Counted from the first letter of the stretch, positions 51,851-63,560 are shown. The stretch: 64,000 nucleotides of DNA from Epiperipatus broadwayi (GCA_028023455.1 JAQFVV010000001.1:30256001-30320000); one strand, 5' to 3'. Translations and numbers: made by a program. The notes: generated by a model not told the origin, from the sequence alone.

Positions 51851-51984
51851 AATTTCTACTGACTGTCACTTTTAGCAGGATGGATCAGTTGGTTAGGGTG
51901 TTACCTCAAAATTCAATATTCAAGAATTTAAGGGTCTAGATTTGATTTTCATGCTAGTACTGTCATTGATCAGACCACCAACAT

Positions 51985-52021
51985 CTGAAGAAGAGAGGAA
52001 AATAATACCTCTCAAAATGTT
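51985..52021 (+). ncRNA. Degenerate hammerhead ribozyme motif, right arm
   Basis: CTGAAGA-A-GAGAGG-aaaataata-CCTCTC-AAAA-TGTT; CAAAATG is what double CpG decay of CGAAACG would give. Confidence 0.55.
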
Positions 52022-53011
52022 AAGCATTTACTAACCTATGTGCTATTATTAACAGTTGAATGTTCTTTGAAAATTTAAATAAAGTTAAATTTTTCTAAAG
52101 ACCTTCAATACTGAATACTAGATGCTGGAAATAGACCATTATATAAATACAGTTATAAGTACCAAATATATATATTAAAAATATAATAAATGTTATTTAT
52201 TAGGAAATTATTTCCAAGTCATATTAAAAGCAAACAAAAGATCTAGTTTAGTGATGAGTTAAAAAATTTATATAGCAATCTAAAGAAAAATATTAATATT
52301 ACATTTTTGTAAGTAGAGGGATTTGAACTGAGGATTTTTCAGTCTATTTGTTTTCCACTCCTTCTCAAGCAACTGATAATGTTAGTCAATATTATATAAT
52401 AAATAAAGAACTTCTATATTTTACTAACAAGAAATAAAAATGATCTTACCAAAAATCTTTTTGAAATTTAGTCAAAGGCACTATATGTAATTTATATCTT
52501 CTATAAGATTAAACTATGATGAATACTTTTAAAAAAAACCTAAGATAATTGAGTTTTTTAAAAAAAAAAATTGAAATGATTTTAAACTAATAATAAGATT
52601 GCTTAAAACTATTTTAAAATTCTATGACTCTGAAGCCAATAATAATGTAAAGAATATTAAAAAGTTTTTTTAGAGAAAGATTTAAATTTAAAATTGTGTT
52701 AGTTATTGGTAGTTTTTTTAAAAAAAAAAAAAATCAAAGTTTTTGAAGCCAGAAGCAATTAACTGAAAGATTTAAAACTTAAAATACTATTATTTTGTTA
52801 TTAATCTTGACAAATTTTAAACCTATCAATCAGAAGTTGAGTGCAAATATTTGATGACTTTTATTTTTAAAAAAATTAAAGAATGTAAAATCTTAAAACA
52901 CAACAGTGTTTTACTAGTTAATGTTTTAAAAGTAATCTCTGGGTTACTTGACCATAGTAATATGAGACTATAATTAAGTGATAAAGTTTCATATATTACA
53001 ATCATATGTTT

Positions 53012-53216
53012 TTTACATTCATATCGGCCTTTCAAACCAATTGTGCAAACGCTTTGCGAGTGTTAAATAATAAATGAATGCCTTCTGATCAATACAAGAT
53101 ATAGAATTTATGCAGGAATAATTCTATATCTTGTATTGATCAGAAGGCATTCATTTATTATTTAACACTCGCAAAGCGTTTGCACAATTGGTTTGAAAGG
53201 CCGATATGAATGTAAA
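53012..53216. repeat. Perfect palindrome, 97-bp arms, 11-nt loop
   Basis: 53012-53108 is the exact reverse complement of 53120-53216; flanked by TTACAATCATATG (52996-53008) and TTACAATTATATG (53217-53229). Confidence 0.92.
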
Positions 53217-55485
53217 TTACAATTATATGCAGACGCTATAAAAATAAATGCTTAATCATATATTTTATGTTTAGCACATCAACAATGCCTTAACAAACCC
53301 AAATTAACTTATAAACTTTATCTTCTAGCTATTGATATTTCCATATTTTTTTATTGGCTAGAAGTTAAATGGGTAATTTGATGGGCTATCTGAAAGAGTA
53401 GTCTCTATACTTGCTTGGAACTCCCATAAAACTACAAATTTTACCCAGTTATAGACCTCAATCATTAGCATACCAAGTCAAACCACTAATCATGATGTCA
53501 TATCATTTTATTGATAAAACCATCATTACAATATCAAATTTTATTATGAGAATGCACATTGCTTTTCTGTTTCTAATTATAAATTGACTATCTTTCTTAG
53601 TAGATTTTTAGAATAACCACTGTCAATTTTTCAATAAATAATTAATTTCCAAGAAAAAATTTCATCATGTTGTTAATGATGTCTTGTTTATTTTGATATT
53701 ATATTTGTTTATTCATCAAAAATTATCAAATATATTTCATTGTATCTTTTATAAAAAAAAATTAATTAACTTTGTTTCTTAATTAAAGTTTATTTTCTAC
53801 ACTGTTATTTTTTAAAAAATATTAGGGGTTTTTCAATAATTAATAAAGTATTTTCACAAATATGACATAGATATTTAAACAAAAAATAATTAATTATTAT
53901 TAATAATTTTGAAGGGTGTGTGTAGAATAAGTCTGAATAAATATGTGGTGCAACCACACCTTTTGTTTTTAGTCATTTTTTTTTTTGTTAAAATAGTTTT
54001 AAAACAAATCCTTTTGATTAATTAGAAAAATAGTCACTTCATTTAGAAGAAAAAAAAATCTAATTTTGTAAAAACAAAAATAAAATAAAAAATCTTGTAA
54101 ATATATGTATGGCAAAGTTTCTTTCCAAAGACAGATTGGATTAGCTAGGCAACAAAATATTATGACTAAGTGATTACTCTTGATCATCATTGGAGATTGT
54201 TTATCTGTTAATTAATATTCTCTTAAATACTTACTCTAATACCTGGATTTTATAGCATCATCATGAGTACCGCATCAATGAAGATGAATATTTTTTTTGA
54301 TATTAACATATAATTTGTAATTTTATCACAAAAATATGCTAAATAATAGAATTATTTATATATTTTTTTAAATTTTATAAAAATGTGTATATCTTGTGAA
54401 ATGTCTATCATTTAACCATTCACATGGTATCTAATTATTCTTTGATAAAGAGTAAAATAAGAATGGAAAACTTGTTTAAATCTTCATCATCTAGCAATCA
54501 GCAAGCTTGAAGAGATGAGTACTTCCTTCTCTTTCACTGTTAGTCTATGAAAACTGTAGGAGAGGCTTTTATTCCAAAAGGCTATTTAAAACCCATTTTA
54601 CTTTTATTGTAATTTTGAAATGTAACATTAAAATGTATCTTCAATTCGTTTTTTTCTTTCATCTTTTTTTAATATATATATATATATAATGGAAAGTTTT
54701 TTACATATAAACAAGCAAACTACAAGTTGACTATTAATTTTGATGATAGATATTTATAATTTTTTATATTTCTTATAAAATTATTAGAGCTAATAGTATT
54801 GAAGATATGCAAAGAGTGTAATGCAAATATTTAAAAATAAAATATTATATAATGTCAGAAATTTGAAATACCAAAAAAAAAAGCAATCAGATTTTAAAAT
54901 ATGATCATTAGAATATTAAAAATATAAGAAAACAAAAAATGTTCATTATTTTTTTAATAAATATTGTTTATTTATAAATTTTAAATTTTAATGAAGTTAA
55001 ATATTAAATTCTAAAATAATTTTTTTTTCTCTCAAATATTTACTAGAAACAACTTTGTAAAGTATTATTTGAAAGTACAAATATGTATATTTTTTATTGT
55101 AGCAATAAAGGTACATGTATTTAATATGGACATTTAATATACAATAGCAGACTAACATTTTGCTTTTCATCACCTGAAAAATAATTTCAAAATAATTTAG
55201 CAATCTTAGTTACAAGATACTAATGAATAATCCATATTAAATGGAAATGTATACTTTAAGTAATCTATCATAGGCCAGAGGTCTTTCCAACAATCATAAT
55301 AAAACAGTGAAGATGAAGGTATTGATTGTTTACCAGACTTTCTAACTTGGTGAAGATTTGATAGTTTTTTTTAATTCAAGCTATATCCATTTAAAAGATA
55401 GCATTGAGCAAGTTAGCTGGATTGCCTTTGAACCAGTAACTGAAAGAAAAATTCTAAATATAATTAGAACTTAGAAAAAAAATTC

Positions 55486-55550
55486 AACCAGTTTTGAACT
55501 TAGATCAGTAGACTAATCAATCAGAAATGCTATTGTTACATCACCGAGCC
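55486..55550 (-). repeat. Decayed tRNA-like head (possible SINE)
   Basis: GGCTCGGTGATGTAACAATAGCATTTCTG...CTAAGTTCAAAACTGG with A-box-like and B-box-like spacing. Confidence 0.35.
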
Positions 55551-57039
55551 TGTGATAAGATAAGTATCCATTATATATGTGTGATAAAAAAAATATTTGT
55601 ATATTAATTGTGAAATTGGTCAAATATTTAATAAAAAAAAATGATTTACATAAAAATTTGCCAAGATTTTTTTTTCAAGATAGAAAAAAGTGAATACTTT
55701 TATTAGAAAATTTATTTAAGAATCAATAAATTAGCATTGACATCACATAGCATTTTTATGCCAGTTTGAATGAGTGATCTAAGAACAGTTATTTTTATCT
55801 TACTCTAGAGCTGTCCACTATTGACTCATTCATTATTGGATACCAAATGTTATAATGTTCTCATTGCCAGACCAACCAGTTTCTAACTTTTGTCTTCATC
55901 ATTGGGTATTAGGATTCAAAGCTGAATTAATTCATGTATACATCTAGCAGCTACCTTTTATTTTTTAATATTATTCAAATTAATAGCCTGAAATTTCAAA
56001 AAAAAAAAAAAGGAATGTTTTGAATGTAAACTAATTCTCCTGCATAGTTATAGAGAGTTAACATCAAAACATTCTTTATTTATTTTAGAAATTCCTGTTT
56101 TATAGTAATTATAGATCCCTTTTATTTTTTGGTTAAGAAAATCAATATCAACTACAGTATTACATAATTTTCTCATTTGTATACAAGAGCAGTTCTGTTC
56201 ACATTAAGCAGTTTTTGATTATTTGATCAAAACTTTAAAAAGATAAAACTGAAATATCCCTCTTTAGTAAATTGTCATTTTATTTTTACTATTATTAACA
56301 AATATCATCCATTATCTTGACAAATTGTTAATTCATAAAGTTTGGGAATAAATTCTTTGGGATTATCAGAAATCACTCTGTATTATATTATTTATATAGA
56401 AACATACATTTTAAAATTACATAGTTACTATTTGAAAAAGTAAAGAAAATTAATCAATAGAGTAACGTTTGATCTGCAATATCATTTTTTAAAAATGTTT
56501 AATAGTATGAGTTAATGGTCTTCATATCTTTTATCATAAAATTTATTTTCAAATTTGTAATTAATTTTTCAAAAATTTACATATTTCTATGTTGTCCTAA
56601 ATCCCCTCCACACATACACACATTGTTTTTGATAATATATTTAATATGTCACATAAATATAATACTCATTTTAAATAAAGTTACTTTTGAATTAAATGAC
56701 TTGGCCAATTAGGTATTTACAGTTAGAATAACAGAATTTGTTTTAAAGTTAAAGATGACTTGGTTTAAAATTGCTTTCTTTTCCAAATGTATTATGGACA
56801 TAACAGTGTGTTTTTAATAAGAATAAAAATCAACAAATAAAAATATACTCAATATAAAAATGTAATCATATTTATTTTTGTCTTAATTAGATCTCTAATA
56901 CTTTGTCTTGTAATCCAAATATCACCCTTAATTTTTTTCTTTTCAAAATGACTTGAAGTCTATTCAATTTCTTAGTTATTTATTATGAATTTGTGTACAT
57001 AGAATTTTTTGATTTAGATGTTTTGAAATAATTATAAAC

Positions 57040-58925
57040 ATCATTTTCAACAATTATCACTCCACTTCAGGTTGAAGCTTTCTCTAAGTTTAATCCAATT
57101 TTTTTGATTTCTAGCCTCTCCTCTCCATATCACACCAACAAATTTATTATTTCATCCATCAATCTCACTAGTGATCTCTTTCTGGTACTTTTGAATCTCT
57201 TATGATCCAGTTTAGGATTTCAATTGTCTATCTATTATCATCTTTTTTAGCAGTATGTCCATACCAGCTCTACTTCAGTCTCTTAATTTTTTTAATGATA
57301 TCAATAATACCTGTTTGTTCTCTCACCATGTAATTCATTTTGATCTCTTCTTGTTACTCCTAAACATACATCTCTCCTTACTTTTTTGGGTTGGTCTGAA
57401 GTCTCAGTATTGCTTAAATGTTAAATGTCCAAATCTCAGGACCATAAATAAAAACCAATAAAATACATTTATTAAAAACCTTTCTTTTCAAACACATAGA
57501 CATAATTCTTTTTAATATTAAATTATTTCTACCAAAAGCATTTAATCCAAATTTAATTATAGGGATTAATTTAATTCATTATGTTTCCATTTATATTAAT
57601 ATTTATAATGGTTAACTTTGTCTAATTCAGCATTATTAATCTTTTTTTTTTTTTTTTTAGAAAATCCATTAAATATTACTTTAGTCTTTTTACCATTAAT
57701 CTTTAATCCTACTTTTTTACTTTCATCTGTTAACTTGTGCAATATTTTTTTACATTCTGAAGCATTATCTACAAAAAACAATCACATTATCTGCAAAATA
57801 AATAAACTTAGATCTGTCACTAATGTGTTTGTCTGTGAACATGCTTTTTAAAACTGCATTTTTAAGACCACCATTCCATATTCTGAAAAATTTTATGAAT
57901 TAAAATTGCATGGATTTTTTTTTAGGAAAAAAGTTTGAATTTTCATAATAATTAGCTACATCAGTAATATTATTATTATTTTCTGTAGTTATCAATTAAT
58001 CCAATTTCTCCAAAAACCAGGCTTTTCTTCTCCACATTCCCTCTAGCAAACTTTCTTATCAATCCATTTTACGTGTCTCATTCTAATTCATTAGAAATCT
58101 CTTAGAGTCTAGTTTATGACTTCAACTGGCCATATTTTGTCATCTCTTTTAGTAAAATATCTAGTGACGCTCTGTTTTAAACTTTTAATTCTTTCAATCT
58201 GCACATTTTCTCATGCATATGCATTTTAATTTTTGATCCTTCCCTGCTATGTCTAATATATATATTTCATTACTTTGCCTTTATTGTTTTTTTTATTTAC
58301 TGTTAATATTTGATTTTAATTTTATTTTTTGAGAAATCAATGAGCATTCGTTTTAACTCTTTTTTAATATTTATTTTTAGCCCTATTTTTTATATTCATC
58401 TAATAGCTCTTGTAACATTTCCTGAAACTCTGAATGCTATTTTCAAAAATAATTATATCATCTGCAATATTTAGTTAGTATATAGAAATAATATCATTTG
58501 ATTTTATTCCCTTAAATTTCCATTTTAATTCATCAAATATTTCCCACAAAATTGCTGTAAAATTTTTTAGAAATAAGGAATAACACTGGTGCACCCATAA
58601 CAATGTTAATTTTCACATAAACTAACCATTGATATTATATTGTCATAAACATTCTTCAAAATTTTATAATTTTCTGAGACACTGTCTTGATATTCCAGAA
58701 TTTCAATGATTCAAAAAATTCCTATTACAGAGTTTAATGTATTTTTATAATCTACAAACATAATGCAAAAAAAAAAAAAAAAGACAACTCATAGATACTT
58801 GATGTGATTTATTGTGAAAACTCACTTCAAATCCAGCTTATTTTTTTTCTTTTGATTAGTTTAAAACCAGTTTTTTTCTAAATGAATTGAGATTAATTAA
58901 ATAGAGATCTTGTATAATTTCTATA
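57040..58925 (-). mobile_element. Decayed RTE-clade LINE (RT to 3' end)
   Basis: *AGF*SEFSTINHI, FADNVI, DESKKVGLKINGKKTK, YGPEIW, IKKIKRLK, KKDDNR in canonical order; many stops and frameshifts. Confidence 0.88.
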
Positions 58926-59275
58926 TTTTTTTTCACCTTTTTTAAATATTAATTTCATTACTGTATTATTCTTATCATCTGATGCATCTTTAATTAATCA
59001 TTGATATGAGAAAACTAATGTGATGTTTTATAGATATAAATATTTGTTTAAGAATTTGAATGATATATATATATATTATTTTTAATCACTTTTTAATTAT
59101 TATTGGTTTTTGTCTTAAGAGATAATTAATTTTAAAATATGATGGTATGTATTTTTTATATTAATTAACAATGTATTTGAAACGTTTAGATAATTATTTA
59201 TTACTTATACTTCTATATTTATTTATTAATTATTTGACTTATATAAAAATGCAAAATTATTACTATTGTTTTTAG

Positions 59276-59489
59276 TACATTACTGAGCAGCAGTAGTACT
59301 TCATCCAGTTCAGAGCATTTAGCTGGAGCTATTGGAGGTCTATCCCACAGTAGTAATCCACAGGTTGGAGATGGATGTATTGATTTTACTAAGAGTGAAG
59401 AAGATAAACAGATTACTGACATGAGTATTGGAGCCTTTCTTAATAACCTCTGTCTTGAACATCTCAGGGATCTCTTTGAAAAAGAACAG
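59276..59489 (+). CDS. TNKS: Tankyrase coding exon (Ser-rich linker + N-terminal part of SAM domain), (C)TLLSSSSTSSSSEHLAGAIGGLSHSSNPQVGDGCIDFTKSEEDKQITDMSIGAFLNNLCLEHLRDLFEKEQ
   Basis: TTTTTAG acceptor at 59275 and GTAAAG donor at 59490; 214 nt, open. MSIGAFLNNLCLEHLRDLFEKEQ matches the tankyrase SAM start (human [23 protein letters not shown], from memory). Phase matches the upstream exon (TG|T = Cys). Confidence 0.93.
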
Positions 59490-59533
59490 GTAAAGTTTTG
59501 TATTTGTAGGGGTGTGTGTTTATATATATTTAG

Positions 59534-59713
59534 ATTATAATAAAAATAATAAATTTAACGGTAATAAAATTGATGACGTTTGCTTCCGTTTTGTTTTTTT
59601 TTAATTTAATGGCAGTTGAGGCAGGTTTAAGAAATTAACTGAAAGTACTTCTAAGGATTTAAGGATTATTTATAATAGTTTATTACCGTTAAATTTATTA
59701 TTTTTACTATAAT
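59534..59713. mobile_element. 180-bp MITE-like element
   Basis: 35-bp inverted arms 59534-59568/59679-59713 with 1 mismatch. Confidence 0.75.
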
Positions 59714-60521
59714 TACAATTTTGTTTTAATTAATGGATATTTTATTTACATTATATATATATATATATATATGCATATACTAGCATGATTATTCAAGTGT
59801 ATGTAATGCTTGTTTCTTTTTACATATTAAAAATTTGTTGATAAATATTGGATGTCTTTATCCTCATGTTATTTGTAGATGGTGATATAATGAATGGATA
59901 AATCTTGGAATAGCCATTATCCAGGGTGTTATTGTAATGATGTTTATAATTGAATGATATTAATTTTATAACTGATAATTTTCCAGTTTTTGATAATTTT
60001 ATCATATGATAAATTATTACAAAGTCAATTTAAGTTTTTTTTTTTTTAAAATAATATTTATATTAAAAAATATTTATATATACTTTCAAATCTTCATTTA
60101 TCTACACATATTTCAAATAAATGAATAAAGTTGTGTATTAAAAAAAGCAAATAATTTACAAGGGGAATTACTATCTAATTCCGCACATTTCAGTTGAATT
60201 GTAATAATTTGCTATTAATAAATCTTGAACAAAAATGATGAGGATTATGAGAGATTACAATCCAAGTCAACTGATGGTGGTAGTTAGATTTGCTACTTAC
60301 TATACATGCTATATATGAAAAAAAATCTAGAATAAATCATTGTAGGACAAGTTTTTTTTTCAAATATTTATTTCAAGTTTTCTTTTCTAAATGCGGAATA
60401 TATTTAAAAAATATACATTCATGATGTAACCAAATATGCATCCTTCGAAAGTAAACAAACTATGAAATATCATTCCACATTAATCTTTATTCAAAAATAA
60501 ATGTATCAAGAAATTTCTCAC

Positions 60522-61683
60522 GGATAATTCAACCGATGACGTATTACCCTGAAGGCATATCAGTCTGATGTTGTGATTTTTAAGATAATGTCTCCAAGGT
60601 ATCTGCGGACACATGTAATCGCTAAAATGTGTCCACAGATCACATGAACACGGTACGTTAAAAATCGCAAGATTAGACTGATATGCCTTCAGGGTAATAC
60701 ATCATTGGTTGAATTATCCAGGTCACGTGATAAAAACTATTCAAAAATTAAAAAAATCTGACGCAGGTCAGGCAAATACTAAAAAATAAATAAAACAAAA
60801 ATGTACATGCATGCGTCAAAGTACAGCACGTAGCGCTGGAGTTGGCGGGGGGCCTCTGCTGTTTTAGACGAGCCGAAGGCTCGGCGTACACCTATACCTA
60901 TGTCAGACATTGTATTACTCTCATAGCTGTAATTTTTATAATTGCTGATGAATTTACGGAAAAAAATTTCTGAATGATATAATTCAGAAATTAAAAATAA
61001 AATTAAAACGTAATTCAATGTAAGTTTTTGAGAATTATAGAAATATTAACAAAAAAATTTTTGTAAATTTTAAATAAACAGCTAAATAAAAAAGACGCAA
61101 TTTAATGCAAATCTGGTATTAATGGCGTGGAGAAAACGTCGCACTTTTACATGCATTTGGTAATTTTAAAAACGTACTGGATATTGCAAATTTGTTTTAA
61201 AAAATTATTGAAAATTATTTACACATTAAATGTAATTCAATGTAAATTTGAGAATTGTAGAAATATTAACAAAAAGTTTTTGTAAATTTAAAATAAACAG
61301 ATAAATATAAAACACTTTACCTGAATAAATTATTTACACATTAAACATAATTCAATGTAAGTTTGAGAATTGTAGAAATATTAACAAAAATTTTTTGTAA
61401 ATTTAAAATAAACAGATAAATAAAACACTTTACCCGAATTAACAGCTCAAAAAAGTAACTGTGATGCCGTGGATAGCAAAATCACATTAGACAGAAAAAT
61501 CAAAAAATTTCCCAAACCTCTCTACGAATTTTAAATCTCGCGGGTGAAAAAAAAAAAATTGACTCTCTGATGGATTAATTATGCCAGTCACTTGGTTGCC
61601 ATGACAATGTTGTCATGCAAAAAACGCCGATATCTACCGGAATGGAAATCAGTAAGTCTAATACGTCATCGGTTGAATTATCC
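60522..61683. mobile_element. Unclassified 1.16-kb inverted-repeat element with a 198-bp foldback at its left end
   Basis: GGATAATTCAACCGATGACGTATTA (60522-60546) is matched perfectly at 61659-61683 and, as part of 45-bp arms, at 60675-60719; no convincing TSD; no ORF. Confidence 0.75.
61011..61440. repeat. Three internal direct repeats (period about 116 bp for the last two)
   Basis: TAATTCAATGTAA.TTTGAGAATT.TAGAAATATTAACAAAAA...AAATAAACAG recurs near 61011, 61233 and 61349. Confidence 0.8.
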
Positions 61684-61982
61684 ATAACTACCGAAATTTT
61701 TAATATTATACTATAATATATCATTTAAATTTGAAAAACATCATTTTTAAAAAAGTTATATTGATTTATTTGTTATTTTGTTTTGTAATATATGAGTGAA
61801 TGCAATAATAAATGCTCATTATATATATAGTTCTACTTTATGTAAACAAACGAGTAATAAATGAATTTTTAAATATATCAAATAAAATAAATAAATATAG
61901 ATTGAATTAATATCCTGGTTTTTCAGATAAATAATTTGGTATTTGCACTTATATTTCAGATATGGCTGTAGAAAGCAGTTTG

Positions 61983-62068
61983 TTGTTAACTGAAAAGGGT
62001 ATTCCTTTGATTCTTCTTTGAAGCTATTGTTAACTTAAAGAATACTCTTTGATTCCTCTTTGCAGCCT
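61983..62068. repeat. 44-bp imperfect tandem duplication
   Basis: TTGTTAACT...CTTTGATTC.TCTTTG.AGC at 61983 and 62027. Confidence 0.65.
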
Positions 62069-62399
62069 TAACAGAATTAAATAGAGAAAATTTCTATATG
62101 TTTTTGTTATTTTAGCTGTTATTATTATTTGATTATTCATATGTTGAACAAACATTTTCAGTTGGCTGATAGTTATTAACTGGAGTATTAGTTGAGGTTT
62201 TCTGTAGGCAGTAAGCTTGCCTTCATGATTGATCTTTTTTTAGATATTTACCATTGTGACAGACAAAATTAAGCCATCATTATTATTCTTAGTAGACTGT
62301 AAAGTCATTACTCAAAACAGTAGTTGGTATTCAAAGGCAGAATGTGTTAAGAATTTCCTTATTGTGGACTTAAGCTGCTATTTGAGGAGTGTCTTTTAT

Positions 62400-63560
62400 T
62401 TTACTATTAATAACTGCAAATCACTTTCTAGTAATGCATGAGTACATGAATTGGAAGAAGTACTAGCTAATATTAAATGTGACATTGTTGAACTTTGTGA
62501 AATTAGAAGATGACAAGTTATTTATTTGGTGTAAGTATCATCAAGCACAGGTAGAATGTGATTTTTTTTATATATAAAAAGTGGAAACAACCTTGATATT
62601 ATTTGATTTAAATAGTGAACATGTATTTTACTACAAAGGCATAAATATTGTCAAGTAGGAGTGCAATGAGATTCATTATAAATAAAAAGTGGAATGCAGA
62701 TAATTCAAGTTTGTGCCTTAACAATTTTTCATTGTGAGGAAGAAGTAGAGAATTTTATATACATGCATATAAAATGCTTTTAATCATATCAAATAACATT
62801 TTAAAATTTGGGCAAATTGTAATGCTAGAATTGGAAAATGGCTGAAAGATGGAAGTTCTCTGAGTAAATTTGTTTATGGCAGCAGAAATGAGAGAGAATT
62901 TAGATTTGTGGAATTTGTAGAAAAAGAAAAATGTAATATTCTTAATAAATTTGACTCTGGAAGTGTTCATAAACTCATGCAACATTTCCCAAACTATGTT
63001 TCGCAGTATACTGGTGTTTAATGGAAAGTCATTAAGTGTTACATGAAAAGTTATGAAAATTAGTAAAAGCATCATATGATTTTAAATGCTGCACCAAGTT
63101 GAAACATGTTTAAACATATTGAAACACACTAGATGAGTAGTCTGTGTTCGATGCTGATCATGACACAATATTTGTCAGCAATCTGTCAAAGTAAAAAGAC
63201 ATTGGTTTTGCTAGCTGGAATAGATATCATTCATGGAAATACTTGTTTATTAAACATATTGCTATAGACATATACATTTATTTATTAAAGGTGTGTGTGC
63301 GTAAGGTTTAATGCAGTGATAGAATACTCCAGAAATAAAATTTATAATTAATTATGTAGAAAAAGTAACTAATTGCTGGAAAATGCAACAAGCTAATTTG
63401 CATATAAAGAAAAGTTACTGTATGCTAATTAGCAAAGTAGAATAAAAAGTCTCCAGAAGAGAAAAATAAAAGAAAACTACTGGAAAGATAAGCTAGGAAA
63501 GTGAAGTTGTTCTGGAAATTAATAAAGAAGACCTCTAGTCAACTATCTCTGAATTATGTG
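62400..63560 (+). mobile_element. Decayed RTE-clade LINE, AP-endonuclease region
   Basis: NCKSLSSNA*VHELEEVLANIKCDIVELCEIRR, FIINKKW, IIQVCA, EEVENF follow the RTE APE domain; RPL..LS.L motif near 63530. Confidence 0.75.

Larger units (their letters stand above)
51011..52149. mobile_element. Penelope-like element 3' region duplicated as a long inverted repeat
   Basis: Arms of about 51011-51518 and 51601-52149 align over about 500 bp (roughly 80% by eye); each holds GIY-YIG C-terminus, tRNA-like segment, hammerhead motif and AT-rich end. Confidence 0.85.
11978..59275 (+). other. TNKS: 47.3-kb GT-AG intron of tankyrase
   Basis: Direct joining gives 109 aa from AED to EKEQ versus about 107 aa for the human equivalent, so no intervening exon is required; none was recognised. 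Confidence 0.8.

Noticed and set aside
15744-61440. Tandem units as CRISPR-like arrays
   Set aside because: No constant repeat with unique spacers, no cas genes, and a eukaryotic intron context.
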